Shown here: in pieces, positions 27,460 to 32,000 of the stretch
How the letters are laid out: each line of letters begins with the position of its first letter
Numbering within the stretch: the first letter of the stretch is position 1
Assembly: GCF_001735745.1 (NCBI RefSeq)
Contig: NZ_CP017260.1
Coordinates: 630,001-662,000 of the forward strand
Source: Formosa sp. Hel1_33_131
Lineage (GTDB): Bacteria > Bacteroidota > Bacteroidia > Flavobacteriales > Flavobacteriaceae
DNA length: 32,000 nt
Direction of reading: 5' to 3'
Made by a program: the position numbers and the translations under genes
The notes under the pieces: model-generated
Seen by the model: the letters and a program-made list of their open reading frames with translations, nothing else
Database searches by the model: none
Told to the model about the DNA's origin: nothing

Positions 27460-27744
27460 TTAGAAATTTCGACGGACAGATCCTGTTAGGTCTTTGACCT
27501 CTTCTTTTACTTTATCAAGTTCTTCCTTTACATCTTTAGTAATCGAAGTATCGATGCCATTTTTATCGGCACTTTTTTGAATTTCTCCTTTGATATCATT
27601 GGTCGCATCCTTGAGCGTACGCATGCCTTTACCCATGCCTTTTGCAATGCCAGGAATTTTATCCGCCCCAAACACCAGAATCACGATAAATAATATAAAC
27701 GTGATTTCAGTACCACTAATAAATAAAAAGTGCGTGTGTATCAT
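27460..27744 (-). CDS. tatA: Twin-arginine translocase subunit TatA/E
   Basis: TM helix followed by the hinge and amphipathic helix FGADKIPGIAKGMGKGMRTLKDA, with an acidic/basic tail. Confidence 0.85.
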   Translation of the reverse strand: MIHTHFLFISGTEITFILFIVILVFGADKIPGIAKGMGKGMRTLKDATNDIKGEIQKSADKNGIDTSITKDVKEELDKVKEEVKDLTGSVRRNF

Positions 27745-27780
27745 GGTACAAATATAACGAGATTTCTTTGATCTGTTTTG

Positions 27781-28581
27781 TTAATTTTTAGACAAACTTG
27801 CAATTTTGAAAGCTTTTAATTTATCCTCTAAGAATTGTAAAATTTCTAATTCACTTCGTCCTCGACAGCGTTGTAAAAAATCAGGCGCATCTGCACAGAA
27901 ATAGTAAAATTCTACACGCTTATCTTTTTTTAACTCATTGGTTGTAAAAAAAATCGGCCCTACAACGTCTTTTATATACTGAATGGTTTTTTTGTCTTTA
28001 TCTAGTTTGAGTTGTTCTTTAAGCATTTTAGTACGACCAGACATCATATTAAGGAGCTTGGAAAAATTTAAACCTAAACCAATAACAAGAGGACCTGCAT
28101 CTGCTTCAAAAAGACGTCTTTCTGCCAAATTCATTCGCAGACCTGTATAGCCCGGAATTCCTAAATCGTAAAAGTCCATGGGACGTTCGACCTCAGAGTT
28201 TGTAATGTCCGAATTCAAATCACCAGTTAAGACCGTTCCAATCATTACCTCATCTAAGGCATTGATAGATTCAGAAAGGCTCACCGTGATTGATTTACTG
28301 TTGATATGCTGCGCTGTCAAAACAATGGTTTTTGGAAGGTATTGAATGGATGAAAAATAAAGCGAATCCGACAGTTTTCCTTCTACGATAAACAATCCAT
28401 TTTGATCGGTGGTGGTATAACGGTAAGACGTTTTATTAATGACATGAATCCCTTCTAGCTCTCCATTGGTAATAATTTTACCTGAGAGTTCCACCTTTTG
28501 AGCATGAGCAATACCTACTGTCATCCCACTAACTATTATAAGACATAGAATGGATTGCATTGAAAAAAAAGAAGTCCTCAA
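27781..28581 (-). CDS. Secreted protein with an N-terminal carboxypeptidase-regulatory-like (CarboxypepD_reg) domain
   Basis: Signal peptide followed by LSGKIITNG..EGIHVINKTSYRYTTTDQNGLFIV, typical of that beta-sandwich domain. The C-terminal half is unassigned. The 28581 start is TTG, and an alternative ATG lies at 28560. Confidence 0.5.
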   Translation of the reverse strand: MRTSFFSMQSILCLIIVSGMTVGIAHAQKVELSGKIITNGELEGIHVINKTSYRYTTTDQNGLFIVEGKLSDSLYFSSIQYLPKTIVLTAQHINSKSITVSLSESINALDEVMIGTVLTGDLNSDITNSEVERPMDFYDLGIPGYTGLRMNLAERRLFEADAGPLVIGLGLNFSKLLNMMSGRTKMLKEQLKLDKDKKTIQYIKDVVGPIFFTTNELKKDKRVEFYYFCADAPDFLQRCRGRSELEILQFLEDKLKAFKIASLSKN

Positions 28582-28681
28582 ATTGATTTGAAATTATATT
28601 ATTCGGTAAATTTACAAAAAATAAAAGATGAGACGAGCATACTAAAATTATTATCACCCATGGGAATGACTAATAGCGAAC

Positions 28682-28702
28682 CTGCCTGCTGCAGGCAGGC
28701 AG
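28682..28702. repeat. GC-rich perfect palindrome/hairpin CTGCCTGC-tgcag-GCAGGCAG
   Basis: 8-bp perfect inverted repeat with a 5-nt spacer, 34 nt upstream of the pepE ATG. A second palindrome, CCCATGGG, lies at 28657-28664. Both are conspicuously GC-rich within AT-rich intergenic DNA. Confidence 0.6.
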
Positions 28703-28735
28703 CATGTGACCTTTTAAAATAATAAATATAGACAC

Positions 28736-29443
28736 ATGAAACAAATCCTAATTGCGAGCACCTCTACCGTGCATGGCAGTGGTTATTTAGACTATCTGTT
28801 GGACGCTTTAAAAATTCATTTTAAGAATGTAGAAACCATTCTCTTTATTCCGTATGCACGTCCCGGTGGGATGTCGCATGATGCCTATACAGAAATTGTC
28901 CAACTGGCTTTTTCTAAAATAGGAAAAACAGTCAAAGGGCTGCATGAATTTGAGCATCCAAAAGAAGCTCTAAAAAATGCAGAAGGAATTTTTGCAGGCG
29001 GAGGTAATACATTTGTTTTGGTAGATCAACTTTACAAAATGGATGTCTTTAACGAACTAAAAACTGCGATTGAATCGGGTACGCCTTATGTAGGTACCAG
29101 TGCCGGAAGTAATATTTGTGGTCTTACCATTGGCACATCGAACGATATGCCGATTGCCTATCCAAAAAGTTTTCAAACATTGGGACTTGTTCCATTTAAT
29201 ATCAATCCACACTATTTAGACCCAGATCCGAGCAGCACGCATATGGGCGAAACCCGTGAAACCAGAATACAAGAATTTCATCACTTTAATTCACAGCCCG
29301 TTATTGGACTCAGAGAAGGGAGTTATTTGGAAGTTCTAGGATCAAAAATCACGCTGAAAGGACCCTTAAACGCACGAGTGTTTGAGAAAAATAAAACGCC
29401 TTATGAGCTAAAGCCAGAGTCGGATGTGTCGGGTTTGAATTAA
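28736..29443 (+). CDS. pepE: Dipeptidase E (peptidase family S51)
   Basis: 235 aa with nucleophile motif GTSAGSNI, FAGGGNTF, and His in NINPHY. Confidence 0.85.
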   Translation: MKQILIASTSTVHGSGYLDYLLDALKIHFKNVETILFIPYARPGGMSHDAYTEIVQLAFSKIGKTVKGLHEFEHPKEALKNAEGIFAGGGNTFVLVDQLYKMDVFNELKTAIESGTPYVGTSAGSNICGLTIGTSNDMPIAYPKSFQTLGLVPFNINPHYLDPDPSSTHMGETRETRIQEFHHFNSQPVIGLREGSYLEVLGSKITLKGPLNARVFEKNKTPYELKPESDVSGLN

Positions 29444-29452
29444 TGATTGTTC

Positions 29453-29730
29453 GTTAGAGGCAACAGACAAGAGTCAAGAACAAAGAGAAAAGAGAGTACT
29501 AAGTAGGGAGTACAAAGTATCAAGACGAAGTAATCTGTTGAAAATTACGACTCCTTTTCATGAGATTGCAGCGCTACGCCCCCAACGACAATACACACCC
29601 GTCATTACGAGCCTGTCTGCCGATAGGTAAACTCGCAATGACATCGTCTTGGTTCTTGATTCTTTGTTCTCTACTCTATTCTCTCTACTCTTTTTTCTTA
29701 ATACTTAATACTTTGTACTTAATACTCTTC
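29453..29730. repeat. Composite structured intergenic element: 11 purine-rich heptamers, a roughly 115-bp hairpin core, and 12 pyrimidine-rich heptamers
   Basis: Left array 29453-29529: GTTAGAG GCAACAG ACAAGAG TCAAGAA CAAAGAG AAAAGAG AGTACTA AGTAGGG AGTACAA AGTATCA AGACGAA. Right array 29647-29730: TCTTGGT TCTTGAT TCTTTGT TCTCTAC TCTATTC TCTCTAC TCTTTTT TCTTAAT ACTTAAT ACTTTGT ACTTAAT ACTCTTC. Core hairpin at 29601-29642. Confidence 0.7.
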
Positions 29731-29732
29731 CG

Positions 29733-30161
29733 TCACCCAATCACTTTCACAAAATGATATCCTAATTTTTGAAACCCATCTCTTTCGTAGAATTTCTGAG
29801 AAGGTTCATTATCAATATAGGCATTGAGTTCAATCGCCTGATAGCCTTTTGATTTGACATAGTCCTCAATCCAATTGATAAAAAGAGTCCCTAATCCTTT
29901 GTTTCTATAGGCATCGTCAATAAATACATGATCCAATTCTACACTGCGCCCTGAATAATGGCGGGTGCAAAACCACAAGCCAGAGACACCCATAAGTTTA
30001 TCCCCGTCATAAACACCTATACATTCATAATTCTGAGATACCATTTCCTTAAAACGTTCTAAAAGCAGGGCTTCGGTAATCGATTCTTTAGACATTTTTT
30101 TGACTAATGGCACTACGATCTCAATGGAGTCGGCGAGGATAATTTTGAATTGAAATTGCAT
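29733..30161 (-). CDS. GNAT family N-acetyltransferase
   Basis: 142 aa with the acetyl-CoA motif YRNKGLGTLF. Confidence 0.75.
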   Translation of the reverse strand: MQFQFKIILADSIEIVVPLVKKMSKESITEALLLERFKEMVSQNYECIGVYDGDKLMGVSGLWFCTRHYSGRSVELDHVFIDDAYRNKGLGTLFINWIEDYVKSKGYQAIELNAYIDNEPSQKFYERDGFQKLGYHFVKVIG

Positions 30162-30245
30162 TTAAAAAGGTTTAATAATTCAAAAATACAACTATTTATT
30201 AGCATCTAAATCCAACATCTCATCTGAATTTTATTTTAATCTTCT

Positions 30246-30253
30246 TATCTTTG
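30246..30253 (+). promoter_or_regulatory. Candidate -7 box (TATCTTTG) for gpmI
   Basis: Exact TAnnTTTG match 23 nt upstream of the ATG at 30276. Confidence 0.4.
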
Positions 30254-30275
30254 AGCACGTTTTAACAGCGAGATT

Positions 30276-31793
30276 ATGAACAAGAAAGTTATTTTAATGA
30301 TTTTAGATGGATGGGGAAAATCTCCTGATCCAAAAGTATCTGCAATTGATAATGCAAATACCCAATTTATTGATTCTTTATATACAAAGTATGGACATGC
30401 GAGCCTCCGAACCGATGGATTGCACGTAGGGCTTCCAGAAGGTCAAATGGGCAATAGTGAAGTTGGACACATGAATTTGGGTGCAGGGCGTATTGTATAT
30501 CAGGATCTTGCTAAAATCAATTTGGCTGTGACTAACGACACATTGAAAGATGAGACTGTTTTAAAGGACGCTTTACTGTATGCAAATAAAAACAATAAAG
30601 CGGTGCATCTTTTGGGATTGGTGAGTGATGGAGGTGTGCACTCTCATTTGAATCATTTATATGGACTCTTGGATGTCATTGAAGATCATGGCGTTGAAAA
30701 GTCTTTTATTCATGCGTTTACAGACGGTAGAGATGTGGATCCTAAATCGGGCTATGGATTTATTTCTGAACTCGAAACACGTTTAGAGTCTTCTTCTGCA
30801 AAACTGGCAACCATTACGGGACGCTATTACGCGATGGATCGTGATAACCGTTGGGAACGTGTGAAAATCGCCTATGATGCCTTGGTTAATAGTGAAGGTG
30901 TGCATTCTAACAATGCGACTGAAACCATTGAATCTAATTATAACGATGGACTGACTGATGAATTCTTAAAACCAATTATCATGACGGATACCAACAGTGA
31001 ACCGGTTGCCAAAATTGAAGAAGGTGATGTGGTGTTATTCTTTAATTTTAGAACCGATCGTGGAAGAGAATTAACGGAAGTTCTCAGTCAAAATGACAAG
31101 CATGAATACAATATGCACAAGCTCAACTTGCATTATGTGACCATGACAAATTACGATGATAATTTTAAAAATATTCAAGTTATCTTTAACAAAGACAACG
31201 TTACAAACACGCTTGGAGAAGTGCTTGAAACGCATGGAAAAACACAGCTTAGAATGGCTGAAACGGAGAAATATCCACATGTCACTTTTTTCTTTTCTGG
31301 AGGGCGTGAAGCCCCTTTTGAAGGTGAAAGTCGTATTATGAAAAATTCGCCTAAAGTTGCGACTTATGATCTTAAGCCTGAAATGAGTGCTTTTGAACTT
31401 AAAGATGCTCTTGTTACAGAACTCAAAAAAGAAACACTTGATTTTGTGTGTTTAAATTTCGCCAATGGCGATATGGTTGGACATACAGGTGTAATGGAAG
31501 CTGCTATTAAAGCCTGTGAAGCGGTTGACACTTGTGTGGAAGCTGTGGTCACAACGGCTTTGGAACACAACTATACGACCTTGCTGATTGCGGATCATGG
31601 GAATTGCGAAACGATGATTAACCCTGATGGATCGCCCAATACAGCACATACCACCAATCCGGTTCCAATCATTTTAATTGACAAAGAACTCACCTCTATA
31701 AAGGACGGTGTTCTTGGTGATATTGCACCTACTATTTTAAAACTCATAGGAGTTGAAAAACCTGATGTGATGACTCAAAGTAGCTTAATCTAA
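30276..31793 (+). CDS. gpmI: 2,3-bisphosphoglycerate-independent phosphoglycerate mutase
   Basis: 505 aa with MILDGWG, the catalytic Ser region GNSEVGHMNLGAGR, and ADHGN. Confidence 0.95.
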   Translation: MNKKVILMILDGWGKSPDPKVSAIDNANTQFIDSLYTKYGHASLRTDGLHVGLPEGQMGNSEVGHMNLGAGRIVYQDLAKINLAVTNDTLKDETVLKDALLYANKNNKAVHLLGLVSDGGVHSHLNHLYGLLDVIEDHGVEKSFIHAFTDGRDVDPKSGYGFISELETRLESSSAKLATITGRYYAMDRDNRWERVKIAYDALVNSEGVHSNNATETIESNYNDGLTDEFLKPIIMTDTNSEPVAKIEEGDVVLFFNFRTDRGRELTEVLSQNDKHEYNMHKLNLHYVTMTNYDDNFKNIQVIFNKDNVTNTLGEVLETHGKTQLRMAETEKYPHVTFFFSGGREAPFEGESRIMKNSPKVATYDLKPEMSAFELKDALVTELKKETLDFVCLNFANGDMVGHTGVMEAAIKACEAVDTCVEAVVTTALEHNYTTLLIADHGNCETMINPDGSPNTAHTTNPVPIILIDKELTSIKDGVLGDIAPTILKLIGVEKPDVMTQSSLI

Positions 31794-31803
31794 ATTCATA
31801 CGA

Positions 31804-32000
31804 ATGGACTTAACCAAAACCTTCACCCTAGCAATTGATTTTGACGGAACGATCGTGGAAGATGCGTATCCAAAAGTTGGAAAGGCAAAAATATTTGCTT
31901 TTGAAACCTTAAAAAAACTACAACAAGATGGCCATCGGTTGATTCTTTGGACCTATCGCTATGGAGAAACGTTGCAGGAAGCTGTCGATTTTTGTAAAGA
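31804..32000 (+). CDS. HAD-superfamily-like hydrolase, 3'-truncated by the window edge
   Basis: ATG at 31804 with an open frame to the window end. The N-terminal LAIDFDGTIV matches HAD motif I (DxDGT). This ORF is not in the supplied ORF track. Confidence 0.45.
   Translation, partial: MDLTKTFTLAIDFDGTIVEDAYPKVGKAKIFAFETLKKLQQDGHRLILWTYRYGETLQEAVDFCK

Noticed and set aside
28657-28664. The CCCATGGG palindrome considered as an independent regulatory site
   Set aside because: An 8-bp palindrome alone is weak evidence. I kept it only as part of the description of the GC-rich region upstream of pepE.
29453-29730. Heptamer arrays considered as a CRISPR array or a contingency (slipped-strand) locus
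   Set aside because: The units are 7 nt with no spacers and no cas genes, so this is not CRISPR. The units are degenerate rather than identical and lie outside any ORF or promoter spacer, so classical phase variation by slippage is unlikely.
29560-29757. 65-aa ORF (MRLQRYAPNDNTHPSLRACLPIGKLAMTSSWFLILCSLLYSLYSFFLILNTLYLILF...) in the pepE/GNAT intergenic region
   Set aside because: It runs through the hairpin core and the pyrimidine heptamer array. Its Leu/Phe/Ser/Tyr-rich 'hydrophobic' tail is simply the translation of TCTTnnT/ACTTnnT repeats. It has no promoter box or credible start context, and it overlaps the GNAT 3' end.

Overview
This is an AT-rich, gene-dense stretch of chromosome, about 90% coding, that looks like a Flavobacteriia (Bacteroidota) core region. 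The proteins resemble flavobacterial orthologues, and the Bacteroidetes -7 promoter octamer TAnnTTTG recurs 15-40 nt upstream of many starts. Most genes are housekeeping: ftsH (5'-truncated), a LUD-domain gene, cdsA-psd-ACBP, valS, murB, aqpZ, lipA-gap, lpxK, a Nif3/DUF164 pair, msrA, tatA, pepE and gpmI. I found no tRNA or rRNA genes, CRISPR array, transposase, integrase or recognisable defence genes. Three things stand out. (1) An eight-gene, tightly coupled kynurenine/3-hydroxyanthranilate operon (19846-27457) carries RidA, ALDH and an SDR that lacks the catalytic Tyr. It has none of the usual 4-oxalocrotonate meta-cleavage genes. (2) A 289-bp convergent intergenic region (29444-29732) is built from two oppositely oriented arrays of degenerate heptanucleotide repeats, purine-rich on the left and pyrimidine-rich on the right. 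They flank a roughly 115-bp core with a nested hairpin. A related GC-rich palindrome lies on the other side of pepE. (3) Several core proteins have lost canonical motifs: a cysteine-free 'zinc ribbon' DUF164 protein, and an Nramp-like transporter without the DPGN metal site that is translationally coupled to an ECF sigma factor. All calls rest on by-eye motif recognition. No searches or folding computations were run.
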